Assembly: GCA_951406725.2 (NCBI GenBank)
Contig: OX597821.1
Location: 33,480,001 to 33,544,000 of the forward strand
Source: Octopus vulgaris
Lineage: Eukaryota
DNA: 64,000 nt
Direction: 5' to 3'
Positions 46,825 through 59,449 of the stretch are shown piece after piece. The notes beneath the pieces are model-generated. The model made no database searches. It saw only the letters and a program-made list of their open reading frames with translations, and had not been told where the DNA came from. Both the position numbers and the translations under genes were made by a program. The stretch's first letter is position 1. Every line of letters starts with the position of its first letter.

Positions 46825-48777
46825 CGGAAGGTTTACGAAAATAAACAAAAGACAAAGGCAGGTGGACTACAAACAAATAATGTATTAGTATGCCGCTCAG
46901 GAATAGAAATAAAACAAGTCTTTTATGTTTCGAGCCTACGCTCTTCGACAGAAAGATACACAGAAAAGAAACAAGGAGAGAAAAAAAATTGCGTGTAGGG
47001 GCTAACGATCCAACATGGCGTTCTGATTTCAGAAGTCAGAGATCGGAGGTCAGACGTTATATGCTAGAGGGATAGTAGGGGAGATAACAGGGTCAAGTGA
47101 CCTCGCTCCAACCTGAAGGTGCATGTGTGCATAAGAGAGTATGTATGTGCATGTGGAAGAGGGCTGGTGGTTTGGACATGTGTATGATGTGATGTGTAAT
47201 GTCGTATGGTGTAGTGTAGTGTGGTGTGGGGAGGAGGGGAGTGAGGGAGCAGAGAGAAAGAAAGAGGGAGGAAGGGGGAGAAGAAGGGAGGAGGGAAAGA
47301 GAGTAGGGTGAAAAGATGAAGGACTGAAGAGAAGTAGGAGTCTGGGTGGGTTAGATGTAAAGGGGGGGAGGGATGAAAATGGCGTAAAAGAGCGAAGAGA
47401 GAAGATTAATCCCTGTTCACGGCGCAAACGGGAATCCGAATGGCCTCTGCAAGGACAATCCGAACACAGACAGGTGTTCCAAGGAGTGACTGGTGGAGCA
47501 GAAATGGCATGAGACGGAGGTATTCCGCGAACTGGTCAGCCAAGCGGTGTCCCGTTTGTCCGATGTACAGAGAATGGCAGAGAGAGCAGGAGATGCAATA
47601 GATGATATTGCTGGAGGTGCAGGTGAAGGAGTCGAGGGTGCGATAGGGTCGGTGATGGGTGCCAGTGAGGAGGGTGGCGTTGGAGAGGTAAGGGCAAGTG
47701 CGGCAACGTGGGCGGGAGCAGGGGAACAAGCCAGGTTGGGAGGTAGGGTCAGGGAAGAAGCTGTGGACCAAGAGGTCTCGTAGGTTATGGGTTCATTTGA
47801 AAGAGGGGAGGGGTCGGTTAGGGAAGAGGTGTAAAGTGGACGGGTCAGACTGGAGATGCCGGAAAGCTCTAAGAATGATGCGTTGGAGAGGTAAGGTCGT
47901 GGGGTGGTAAGTGAGGGGAAAAGGGAGGCAGGAGACTACAGGGCGGGTTCGGGGGGAGAGAGCAGATGCACGGTCTACGGAACGTGCTCTGGCAAGGGCA
48001 GTGTGGATAGTGGTGAGGGGATATCCACGTAGGGTGAAGTGGCGAGCCATGAGTTGAGACTGAGTCTCAAAGTCATGGTCATCACTACAGAACCGACGTA
48101 GACGGAGGAATAGGGGATGGAAAGCTTAGTGTGTTTGGGGTGGGAGGAAGAGAAGTTTAGGTATGAGTGTGAGTCTGTGTGTTTGTAGTGAATGGAGGTG
48201 GTAAGAGTGGAGGATGAATGCTGACCGAAATGTCGAGGAAGGAGACAGAGGTGTAGGAGATAGTGGAGGGCAGGATGGAAGGATTGAACGAAAGAGAGGA
48301 AGGAATCTAGATGTTCACGGGAGAGTGAGGTGGCACCGATAATGTCGTCAATGTAACGACCGTATAGTTCGGGAGTGGGACCAGTGAAACTAGAGAATAT
48401 TTGGGCCTCAACATAGCCAACAAACAGGTTCGCATAGTTGGGGCCCATTCGTGTTCCCATGGCCACTCCCGTGAACATGTTGGTAGAACTCGCCTGCGAA
48501 CGAGAAGCAGTTCAGAGAAAGGACAAGTTTGTCCAGACGAATGAGTGTGGAGGTGTCGGGTTCAGGGTTGACGCAGAGGTCGAGAAAGTGTTGAAGGGCC
48601 TGCAGTCCTTCGTGGTGAGGCATGACGGTATAGAGGCTCTGGATGTCCATTGTAAAAAGTATTTTGGAGGAGCCGGGAGGAAAGGAGAAAGAGTTGAAAA
48701 GCCGGAGAGCATGGTTGGTGTCGTGGATGTGGGAGGGAAGAGACGCCACTAGGGGGGCAAAGACACGGTCAAGGTAT
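46823..48777 (-). mobile_element. Neptune-like Penelope element with 3' terminus, cassette copy 5
   Basis: RT motifs; CSRPRCRTC; SNIIYCISCSLCHSLYIGQTGHRLADQFAE GIY-YIG; terminus abuts (TA)n. Confidence 0.9.
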
Positions 48778-49096
48778 GTTTAACCCTGGTCAATTGTCAT
48801 TGCTTCAGCTCAACATTTTGTGGCTGAAAGATGTAGTCGGTGGGCCAAATCCAAAAAGGGCCTTATTTATTGAGTTGGTTGCACCCCCTTCCCTGCAACT
48901 TTAGTTTGATGGTACCACATTGTTCCTGGGTCTACGGGGATGACATTTTCACTTGTCATTAGGGCGGAGGTCGAGAAAGTGTTGAAGTGCCCACAGTCCT
49001 TTGTGGTGAGGGATGACGGTATAGAGAATCTGGATGTCCATAGTAAAAAGTATTTTGGAGGAGCCGGGAGGAAAGGAGAAAGAGTTGAAAAGATGG

Positions 49097-49950
49097 TTGC
49101 AGGGTCGTGGGTCCAGAATGGTGGAATTTTCAAGGAAATCGGCGCTTGGAATGCCATGTCAATCGGAGGTATTAAGTTGGCCGCTGGATTGTATTTGTTG
49201 GAGTTCTTAAATGTTTTATTGTAGGGTGATGTGCAAGCTGTAATTCTTCAACGCGGTTGATGAAGCTGGTTCCGGGGAAGGCCGCAATTCGTTTGACGGG
49301 GTCACTAAATGTAGAGGATATGTGTGTATGTAAACAAATACATAAACCGTTTCATGATTAAAAAGAATTTATTTACAGGGTTATAAGTACACTACATACA
49401 AATGTAAGCAAATGCTACGAATTGCTTGTATAGAGCACATATTAAAAATGAATATGTTTGTGTGTGTGTGTGTGTTTCATTCGAAACAGTAGTCGATAGA
49501 CACTGTGAGCATTTCTCTCTGTCTGTCGTCTGCCAAAAACTTGGGGCGAGATAGATCTGTCTGCTGCCGTCTCTCCGCTGCAATTGTCCTTTTCTCTGTT
49601 TTCCCCCTTGTATTTATAATATTTGATTTCTTTGGGTTTGTATGTGGGTGATGCAGTCATGTGTTGATGTATGCATTTCATTTAGGAAGATGGATAAGTT
49701 AAGAGTTTGGAACTTAGGCAAAAAAAACTTGCACAAACCTTGCTGGCCATCGAACTGTTCTTCCCGATTTGGTGTGTCGGGGTTGTGCAGAATGTGTGGT
49801 GTTTGCTGGAGTTGTTGAGTCTGTTCGAGGAAAGGAGGGAACTGAATGTAAGTCAGGAGGGCAGACGCTGGAGAAAAAGCTGCTTGAAAATTTTTTCCGG
49901 GAGGCTCTCATCTCCAAGAAGGTGGGACGGCGTTTTGTCACCCAACTCTT
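49097..49950 (-). mobile_element. Rearranged CsRN1-like Gypsy LTR/PBS/gag fragments
   Basis: ISLKIPPFWTHDPA gag start; PBS TAGTGACCCCG; duplicate of 53405-54495. Confidence 0.8.
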
Positions 49951-52458
49951 CTAGCATCACACCAGACGGTCCCGCATTTCGTCTTGGGCATGTACCAGTT
50001 CCCCCTGACCGGGTCTTCCGCTCTTGTCCTCTCTAGGATCTCCTGCATCATCGCCACCGTCCCTTCTCCCACCTTTTTCGCCCCACCTCTCTCCTTCTGC
50101 TCGTCTCTTGGTGTAACTACACGCCATGCGCAGCCATCCAGCGATCGGGTAGTGACTGACCAACTTCCCACACACCGAGAACAGCTCTCTCCTGCTGACG
50201 CTGGAACTCAGCTCTGGGATTTCATTTCCTCTCCGGAACACCAATTCACCTGATCTATCTCTTCGCAGCTTCAGCCCCAGCGCAGCTCCCCTTCAATCGA
50301 CTCCGGTGGCTTAGCAATCAGTCCGAACTTCTCCAGATGTCTCACTACCTCGTCGGCTGGCACTACAGTTTCGTCCACCAAAATGTCATCAATGTAGGAG
50401 CTGGTGGCCTTTCTAATCTTGCCGTCTTTCCCTAGGACGGACCTAAGCACTTCCGCCATGATCTTCGGAGCGGAATTCAGCCCGAAACCCAGCCTGGTTA
50501 GACAGTACGTCCGGCCCTTGTACCGCACCAGCTGATATCGCCATAGTTTGTCGCTCACATGGAGCTGCAAGTATGCCGATCTCAAGTCGACAATCGTCGC
50601 TGCCTCAGTCGACTGTCTCCACTTACGTAATGCCTCACCACAAACGTCTGTCGCCTCACCTCCCGTGTGACACGATATGTGCTGGTTTAGCTCCCTGAAG
50701 TCCAGCACCGGTCTGACTTTTCCCTTCGTAGGCTGCACCACCGCCATCAAGGGTAGCACTCCGCCCGCTACCTCCTCCTTCCAAGGGACAAGGACCCCTT
50801 CCTCGATCCACCTCTCCACCTCGTCTTCAAACTCAACCCTGGCGTGGCCTTTCAGGGTATGCTGGTAACTGCTCACCCTGTTCTCCAGTGTCGAGGGCTC
50901 GTCCTTCCATTTCCACTCTATCATCCACCGCTGACCATCGAATGCCGCCTGAAAGTCTTTGTCCTCGATGGTGTAAGCGGTGCAGTCCCTCGCGGGGCTC
51001 TGCTCCCTCTGGCGATCCTGACTCGCAGTGCACGACGCCCCACGCTTCCGAACGTGACCTCATTTCCCACAACACTGACGCCACCGAGGCAGTTGATGGC
51101 GTCCATCCCCATCACCACATCAACTCCATTTATCACGCGTTCGGCCACAATTGCCTGTAGCCTTAGCATCGCGCCGCGCACCACTATCTCTACCTTGCTG
51201 CTGCCTCTGCAACGGATTTCGCTGCCGTCGACCGCCCAGACACTACACACCCCGTTCAATTCCTTCGTCACCCTCAAAGTCACCAGGTTGGTCGTACAGC
51301 CTGTATCCACAAGGGCCTTGAACGTCTCCCCCTCGGCCTCCACGTCAATCAATGGCAGCGTCTCCAATAGCGCCTCTGCTCCTTTGAGGGGAAAGTTCGA
51401 GAGGCAGCAACTTCCCCGCGGTCGTTTCCCTGGCCGCAATCACGGGCAATGTGCCCTGTCTGCCTGCATCGATAGCAAACGGGCCCCGGCTGCGTACAGT
51501 CCCGCACCATGTGCGGTCCCTGGCATCTAAAACACTGTCCTGAGAACGGCTGCTCTCGTTGCACAGTGGGCTTCTGTACCTCTTTCTCGGGACGTCGTCC
51601 GTCTTTACGCGCCTCCGTCACCGCCATCGCTATCGCCTTCCGCCCAGAGTGTCTCGTCAACCCGCGAGCATGAGTTACAAGTTCGCTCAATGGCATCTTT
51701 TTGACCCCGGGCAGTCGTTGTAGGTGAATCCCTACATCATCAGGGAACCCATTCACGAACGCCAGTCGGGCTGCTCTCTCCAGTCCTTCTCTGGCAAACC
51801 CGGCCAGAGTCGCTAGCCTTCTAGCTTCCGATGCAAAATCATTCACCTGGCCTCCCGTCCACCTGATTGCACCTAGCGAAAGCTGTGTACTCGCATTCCG
51901 TGTATGCGTCACACAAGCGCCGCTCTATATTCTCATCGCAGAGCCGTTCTTCTTCATCCATCTCTAGGTAAAGCGACAACGCACTCCCTTCCAAATACAG
52001 CGCCATAAGACTCGCCACGTCACTTATGCCCTGCAGTCTCGCCACCAGCCTGATTTTCTGAATCCAGGCCACTACATCGCCTTCGCCGTTAAAGTCTGAC
52101 GACGTCACTGGCGATCCTAATTTTTGCAGACATCGTGTTGAAAAAAAATGTGAATGTTTACGAACTGCCGAAATAGCTTGTAGTGAGTGTATGCGATTTG
52201 AATATAGAGGCACCTACCTTCTCTTCGTGGTGACGGAGATCCTCCAGAGATGGCTGGTCCTTCCTCACAGCCCTACCCGAACACTAACAATAGCAGCTGC
52301 TAGCCCCAAACCCTTTAGCGACTTCCTCGCACGTCTTGTCGCCAGCACGACCCACGTTGGAAAGGTCAACTTCCACCCCCTGCGCACGCTTGACGGCTGA
52401 CCCCTTCCGCTTGCCCCAGCTTCTGGTCAACGCACCCCGCTGCTGACGTCATCCCACA
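49951..52458 (-). mobile_element. Gypsy G1 5' part: LTR (52179-52458), PBS, gag, protease, RT
   Basis: Twin CCHC, ALVDTGC, VRPVLDFRELN, DLRSAYLQL, RLGFGLNSAP, YIDD; frameshifted between domains. Confidence 0.92.
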
Positions 52459-53404
52459 GAGCACATATTAAAAATGAATATGTTTGTGTGTTTCATTCGA
52501 AACAGTAGTCGATAGACACTGTGAGCATTTCTCTCTGTCTGTCGTCTGCCAAAAACTTGGGGCGAGATAGATCTGTCTGCTGCCGTGTCTCCGCTGCGAT
52601 TGTCCTTTTCTCTGTTTTCCCCCTTGTATTTATAATATTTGTGACAGCTAGAAAAACAGACATATCGCAACAGAAACAGTGCTTATTTAGGTCATCACTT
52701 GTCCAGTTGAACTTAGCCTGACATGGCTGAGGTCGCAGGTCAAAGGGAGATGATCAATCACTTTTTGACAGAACAAAGGGATTCTTACTTTCGCGCCTTT
52801 GATTGCATTGTCTTGAGCGACCAAGGGTTCTTGGATTCGATTTCAAATCTAGGCTTAGAGAAGGAAGTGCTAATTCTTACACTACCCCCTTCTAGTGAGG
52901 AAGCCACAGAGATCGAACGATATTGGAATGTTATTTTTTTGTGCGTATGCAGAAAAAATTTACACATTGTAACAGACAAATGAACAATAAAAATATGAAG
53001 CAAAGGTTTACTGTTTGTGTGTGCTATATGGTGGGCAATACGTATATGTACCCAGGCAGAAATATGTTGGCGTGTTGAAAGAGATGTGCGTCTATTGATT
53101 ACTCGACCCACTAGATGTCTAATAGTGGCAAGGTGTCTTTCAGTGGCGAAAAAGATCGAGTGGTAGCACACAGGAGAATATGACTTGTAAATGTGTGTGA
53201 ACATACAAAAAATATATTTACAAGAAGGCAAAACATTTTAAAGAGAAAACAAAACATATGTACTTGCAAAAAAATGAAAGAAATGTTCATCGAAAAAGTT
53301 CGTTTGTGAAATGTTCCGTAAATGTTCATACAGACAGTTTTTCGTTGATGTGGAACAACGTTTTTGTTTTCATTTTTTTTTCTTTATGTACACGAATTGT
53401 CTTT

Positions 53405-54495
53405 GATTTCTTTGTTGGGTTTGTATGTGGGTGATGCAGTTATGTGAGTTATGTGTTGATGTATGCATTTCATTTAGGAAGATGAATAAGTTAAGAGTTC
53501 GGAACTTACCCAAAAAACTTGCACAAACCTTGCTGGCCATCGAACTGTTCTTCCTGATTTGGTGTGTCGGGGTTGTGCAGAATCTGTGCTGTTTGCTGGA
53601 GTTGTTGAGTCTGTTCGAGGAAAGGAGGGAACTGAATGTAAGTCAGGAGGGCAGACGCTGGAGAAAAAGCTGCTTGAAAATTTTTTCCGGTAGGCTCTCA
53701 TCTCCAAGAAGGTGGGACAGCGTTTTGTCACCCAACTCTTCCAATATCAGAAGCTGGTGAAGTCGTTTCTGTTGAGATTCGGAGGTTCTATCTATCAGAG
53801 TGGTTTTAAAAGTGTCATACGACACAGAACCCGGTGGTGCCATGATAAGATCGCCGAAGACGTTTGTGATTTCCAGCGACAGAGAACTGATAACATGCAA
53901 AAGTTGAGACGCATCGCTCAGTATTCGGTTAGAGGAAAACTCTGCCTCTATATGGTAAAACCATAATGCAGGGTCGTGGGTCAAGAATGGTGGAATTTTC
54001 AAGGAAATCGGCGCTTGGAATGCCATGTCAATCGGAGGTATTAAGTTGGCTGCTGGATTGGATTCGTTTGATTTCTTAAATGTTTTATTGTAGGGTGATG
54101 TGCAAGCTGTAATTATTCAACGCGGTTGATGAAGCTGGTCCGGGGAAGGCCGCAATTCGTTTGACGGGGTCACTAAATGTAGTGGATATGTGTGTATGTA
54201 AACAAATACATAAACCGTTTCATGATTAAAAAGAATTTATTTACAGGGTTATAAGTACACTACATACAAATGTAAGCAAATGCTACGAATTGCTTGTATA
54301 GAGCACATTAAAAATGAATATGTTTGTGTGTGTGTGTGTGTTTCATTCGAAACAGTAGTCGATAGACACTGTGAGCATTTCTCTCTGTCTGTCGTCTGCC
54401 AAAAACTTGGGGCCAGATAGATCTGTCTGCTGCCATGTCTCCGCTGCGATTGTCCCTTCTCTGTTTTCCCCCTTGTATTTGTAATATTTGTGACA
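53405..54495 (-). mobile_element. CsRN1-like Gypsy 5' LTR (54178-54495), tRNA-Trp-type PBS and gag
   Basis: LTR TGTCAC...CTACA; PBS TAGTGACCCCG (near TGGTGACCCCG); KIPPF..DPALWFYHIEAEF..LFLQRLP gag. Confidence 0.85.
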
Positions 54496-54728
54496 GCTAG
54501 AAAAACAGACATATCATCGCAACAGAAACAGTGCTTATTTAGGTCATCACTTGTCCAGTTGAACTTAGCCTGCCATGGCTGAGGTCGCAGGTCAAAGGGA
54601 GATGATCAATCACTTTTTGACAGAACAAAGGGATTCTTACTTTGGCGCCTTTGATTGCATTGTTTTGAGCGACTGAGGGTTCTTGGATTCGATTTCAAAT
54701 CTAGGCTTAGAGAAGGAAGTGCTAATTC
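54496..54728. repeat. Duplicated LTR-flanking segment
   Basis: Near-identical to 52647-52876, i.e. a segmental duplication including the LTR edge. Confidence 0.85.
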
Positions 54729-55605
54729 ATAATATTTGTTCTCATGATTGTGTGGTGTTCGTGACGATAATAAAAGTCTCTATGAATGCAGACAGACATA
54801 CAGAGAGAGGGAGGTGGTGGGAGAAAGAGTGACAGAGGTGGCGGGGGAAAGATAGTGGAAGCTGTCAAATGTCGTTATAGAGAGAGAGAGAGAGACGATG
54901 AAGACAGGAACAAGCAGAATTATAATATGATATATATCGTCACAAAATGTTAGGATTGAATACACATTGATATTAAAGAATTATACTGAAAATAAAAAAA
55001 GTTTCTTCAAAATTTTAACACCCAAAATGCAAGAAACAGAATCAAATTATCATTGTAAATGACTATCTAGTATCTTTTAGATACTTTCAACAGTAGCTGA
55101 ATAATTTGGTACAGAAACTTTGAATGCTACTTTCTTTTTTACAATTTTATTTTCGTAGTCCATTGCAGTCTAGTCTGGATTTAACATTCTCTATCTTAGT
55201 CGTCCATGTTCATTCTTATCTTTGTTGATCCTAACTTAGAGAGTGAGATGTGTTCTATTGTTTGCCATGATGTATCCTACAAAAGATTTTACATGTAAAA
55301 GAATACATTCATAAAAGTTTCCCTTGATTTAGTTCTTTTGGATTGAAACACTTCATTTAACAATCTTCAAATGTAAACTTCATAGGTTGTTTGTGCACAT
55401 TGTCTTTCAATTTGAAAGATGATGCAATACGTGCAGCAGAAACCATTCGCCTTGGCCAAGGTGATGCAATTCACGGCTCATGCAAAATGATTGCAGATTA
55501 CACTTATTACAGTTGGCTCTGATGCAGTCCACTATATTTGCATGATCTTGTCATTATTAATTCTGAATGTAATTTATAGTGTACAGCTAATTCTTAATTT
55601 GAATA

Positions 55606-55800
55606 TTCAATTCAATTCAATTCAATTTTTATTGGCTCAAAAACCAAAAGCAAGGCCATGTAGGGGGACAGGGAGTTATGTACAGGGAGGGTGGTCATAC
55701 AAAGAGTTCATGCCATTTCTGGTCGAGAGAGACTTTGAACCCAGCGGTCGTCGGCATCTTCACTATCTCGTCCAGCAGCTTATTCCACGGATCTGCAATA
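55606..55800 (-). mobile_element. CR1-type LINE 3' fragment with (TTGAA)n tail
   Basis: PWNKLLDEIV....FKVSLD C-terminal motif, then a tandem pentamer tail. Confidence 0.7.
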
Positions 55801-56154
55801 CTTACAGACACTTCTATTGTTGTTTAGTTTATTTGATTATGTTCTATTATAAATAACAATTAAATAAACTATGTATTTTCTATCAAATAAACAGTATAAT
55901 ATTTCATTTTTGGATTTGGTTTGCAAGATTCTTTATGTGAGTTCGTGTGTTGAAGCATATTTTGTTGTGTCTGGAGAGAGTTGTTTTCTTTTTGTGCCTT
56001 ATAATTTAACACACTCACTGGAAAAATTTTCACTTATTCCTTATTTTTATTTTCCTAAAATTTTCGTTGTGTCTTGCAACCTTTTCAATGATCTTGACTC
56101 TCAGTATAATATTTTTGAGGAGTCAGAGTTAACCAATTTTCACCGACTCCGACT

Positions 56155-56390
56155 CCTAAAACACCAACATGGATGTGTCAAACGGTGGTGGGGGTGGACA
56201 AACATAGACACAGACATGCACGCGCACACACACACACATGAGTTTCTTTCAGTTTCCATCTGCCAAATCCACTCATAAAGCTTTGGTTAGCCCAAGGCTA
56301 TAGTAGAAAACACCCAAGGTGCCACACAGTGGGACTGAACTTGGAACTATGGGGTTGGAAAGTAAACTCTTACCACACAGCCATGCCTAC
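56155..56390 (-). mobile_element. CORE-like SINE
   Basis: Homologous to 2020-2295. Confidence 0.75.
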
Positions 56391-56459
56391 AACTTTTTTT
56401 TTTCTTACCACATGCATTCAGTCATGCTCACATACACATGATCACACAAGCATGCAGGC

Positions 56460-56922
56460 AATCACTGACGATCACATGCACTCACTCACTCACTTTGACG
56501 ATCACACTCACTCACTCACACTGATGATCACACTCACTCAATCTGACGATCACACACACTCACTCACTCTGACGATCACACTCACTAACTCACTCACTCT
56601 GACGATCACACTCACTCACTCACTCTGACGATCACACTCACTCACTCACACTGACGATCACACTCACTCACTCACTCAATCTGACGATCACACTCACTCA
56701 TTCACTCAATCTGACGATCACACTCACTCATTCACTCAATCTGACGATCACACTCACTCATTCACTCAATCTGACGATCACACTCACTCATTCACTCAAT
56801 CTGACGATCACACTCACTCACTTTGACAATCACACTCACTCTGACAGTCACACTCACTCACTCACTCACTCTGACGATCACACTCACTCATTCACTCACA
56901 CTGACAATCACTCACTCACACT
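56460..56922. repeat. Minisatellite CTGACGATCA(CACT)n, ~20-30-bp variable units
   Basis: Direct inspection. Confidence 0.95.
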
Positions 56923-57273
56923 GTAATATACTTCCTATTCTTACCAACCAACATGGTGCTTGACCAGCGAAAATAGCAACCAAAGACACTTCTCTCAATG
57001 ATCCAGTCCATTTCATTGTAACTACTAGTTACCCTTGTAAACTGTTTGATTAGCTTGTAGTTTTGATTCACCTCTGGAACAAACCTTTTTCAGGGTGTAT
57101 ATCTTTCCCACGAAACCTCTGCAATCTTTTTTTATTCTATTTTTATTTTGACATTGACTATTATTTGTCAAAGAATTTGACACCAGTTTGCTTTTCTGCT
57201 AGATTTTTTTTGTTACTGTAAACTATTATGTTCATTATAAATAAATCATCAGTATTTTGTTATTATACTTTAA

Positions 57274-57631
57274 GGATATTTTCGGTTTGAACGGCAGGTT
57301 TTAACATAATTTCTAGGTAACTAAAAAATTGAGAAAATTCTATAGTTTGTAAGATATTTGTTGTTTTTTTTTTCTTCAATTTCTACAATTTTAACCAATC
57401 ACTGACGTCTATTGAGGTAAAAAAACAAACATTATGTGCCGTATGAATATGTCCCTCGTTTAAGAAACAGATTGGGTTTATTTACATTTGTGAAGAAAAA
57501 AAGATACCCACCCCCCACTCCTAACCCTAAAATTGATTTAAATGCAATAGATCGATACTAGGGTCATAATTATGGGTGACAATTTCATATGACACCGCTA
57601 GAAAAAACTGCTGTTCAAACCGAAAAGATCC
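57274..57631. mobile_element. MITE family B, flanked by a 51-bp direct repeat
   Basis: Same TIRs; 57223-57273 equals 57632-57682 with 2 mismatches. Confidence 0.9.
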
Positions 57632-58127
57632 CTATCATGTTCATTACAAATAAATCATCAGTATTTTGTTATTATACTTTAAATAAATATTATTTGCTTT
57701 TTCAAACTATCTTTTATATTATTCCCACCGGTGATTTTTTTTTATATATATATATATTTATTTTTAGTTATTTTGTTAATACATACATATGTGTGAGTTA
57801 TGTATTCTTGAAATAAATTCCTTATTTTTCTTCTTATTTTTGTTTTGTCTTTACTAATCATACTTCCATGGGAGGATTAGTGTTCACAGAAGTAATTGGA
57901 TAATCTGCAAACAGTATTTTTTTCTTTTTCATTCTCAGTTCAAATCCTGTGGAAATTGATGTTTACCATCCCTCAGGGATTGAGATGTGGTTTTAAAACC
58001 CATTTTAATGTTCAGTCAGTTCTATATTTCTTGAAAAATAGAGGTACATAATTGATTTTTGGTAGAATCTTTGGTTCTGATGCCTTTCCTGATTTTTTTT
58101 TGATTTTTTTTTTTATCTGAACCAGAA

Positions 58128-58626
58128 GTGATCACCTTGAGTATAATACGAAGGGGATTTTTAGGGGGCTGTACCTCTGAAAAACCTAAACCGTGTGTAT
58201 AATACGCACCCCTTCTCTAACATGAGTCAAGGAGGTTTATATAACATCCTTGGTTTGTAAAAATGTATACAGTAACGTCCTTTTCTTATTGTTGTATATA
58301 TAACATAATGCAAACGTGTAGCTTTTTTGTGCATTTTGTTTGCAGAAAATAAAGAAATAACAGTAATAACGTTTAATAAATGTTGCTTATTGCAAGTTAT
58401 GGATGATTCTTTTATGACTTCATTGCTTTCAGGCTTAGCTTAAGGTATTTTTGCGCCCGACATCACAAAATGCGTTTGAATAAACATTGCCGGACAGCAA
58501 ACAGAGACTCGGACATTGCTTAGAAAATACTTTTCATTTTTAACTTCATATGTAGGATGCACTAGGGATTTTGACCTATAAATTTTGGGGAAAACATGCA
58601 GATTATATTCTCGAGGATTTACGGTA
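58128..58626. mobile_element. pogo/Tigger-like MITE
   Basis: Right end CTCGAGGATTTACGG-TA; degenerate left end CTTGAGTATAATACG. Confidence 0.5.
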
Positions 58627-59039
58627 TGTGTGTGCGCCTACCACATTTTGTTAGTTGTCGGAGCACTGCATCCTTCAAAACTTCCATGCTTCCTGAGATT
58701 CGCCAACACTACACTTGATTTTCTTCCCTCCATACACACACAAGCATGTATCTGACTCATACATTGTTCGCTTTCCAGACATTTCTACATTACTGCATAT
58801 ACTTTATATGCACTTTCTGACAAGTTGTGGTGCACCTGAGCACTGTATACAATAATTTCATTATTATTATTATTTTCTTACAAATTCCGATATTGTCGCA
58901 GTCAACAGCATCTAAAATGTATTTGTAGAAAATTTCATTAGAAAGTACTTTGGGTGGCGGGGTAAATTATGAAGAAACAGAAAGCGTCTCGTGTGAATTA
59001 TCCGAAACTTCTCTCACCCCACTATCTGATAGGGTATCC

Positions 59040-59335
59040 CTTGTTTCAGTCATAAGACTGCGGCCATGCTGGGGCACAGCCTTGAGGAATTTTAGTTGAA
59101 ATAATTGACCCCAGTACTTATCATATATTTAAGTTATTTATTGTATCGGTCTCTTGCCGAACTGCTAAGTTATGGGGGCGTAAACAAACCAACATCGGTT
59201 GTCAAGCGGTGTCGGGACACGCACTAGATAGATAGATATTGATAGATACACAACTGACTTCTTTCAGTTTCCATGTACCAGATCTAATTACAAGGCTTTG
59301 GTTAGGAAGCGAGCTTCTTACCACACAGTTGTGCT
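59040..59335 (-). mobile_element. CORE-like SINE with LINE-like tail
   Basis: GTTTCAGTCATAAGACTGCGGCCATGCTGGGGCACAGCC tail plus family body. Confidence 0.8.
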
Positions 59336-59449
59336 TGCTTATCTGTCGAAAATTACTTTAAAGAAAATATCCCCCCCACCTTTTTTTTTTTTTTCCTGAA
59401 AGAAATAATGTCAGGATGGGCACTGAAGTAAGTATACTAGAAAAACATT

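Noticed and set aside
52723-52983. 86-aa + strand ORF
   Set aside because: No recognisable motif, and the duplicate at ~54576 is truncated and has a stop
56460-56922. CRISPR-like array
   Set aside because: Units are separated by (CACT)n variants rather than unique spacers; a eukaryotic minisatellite with no cas genes
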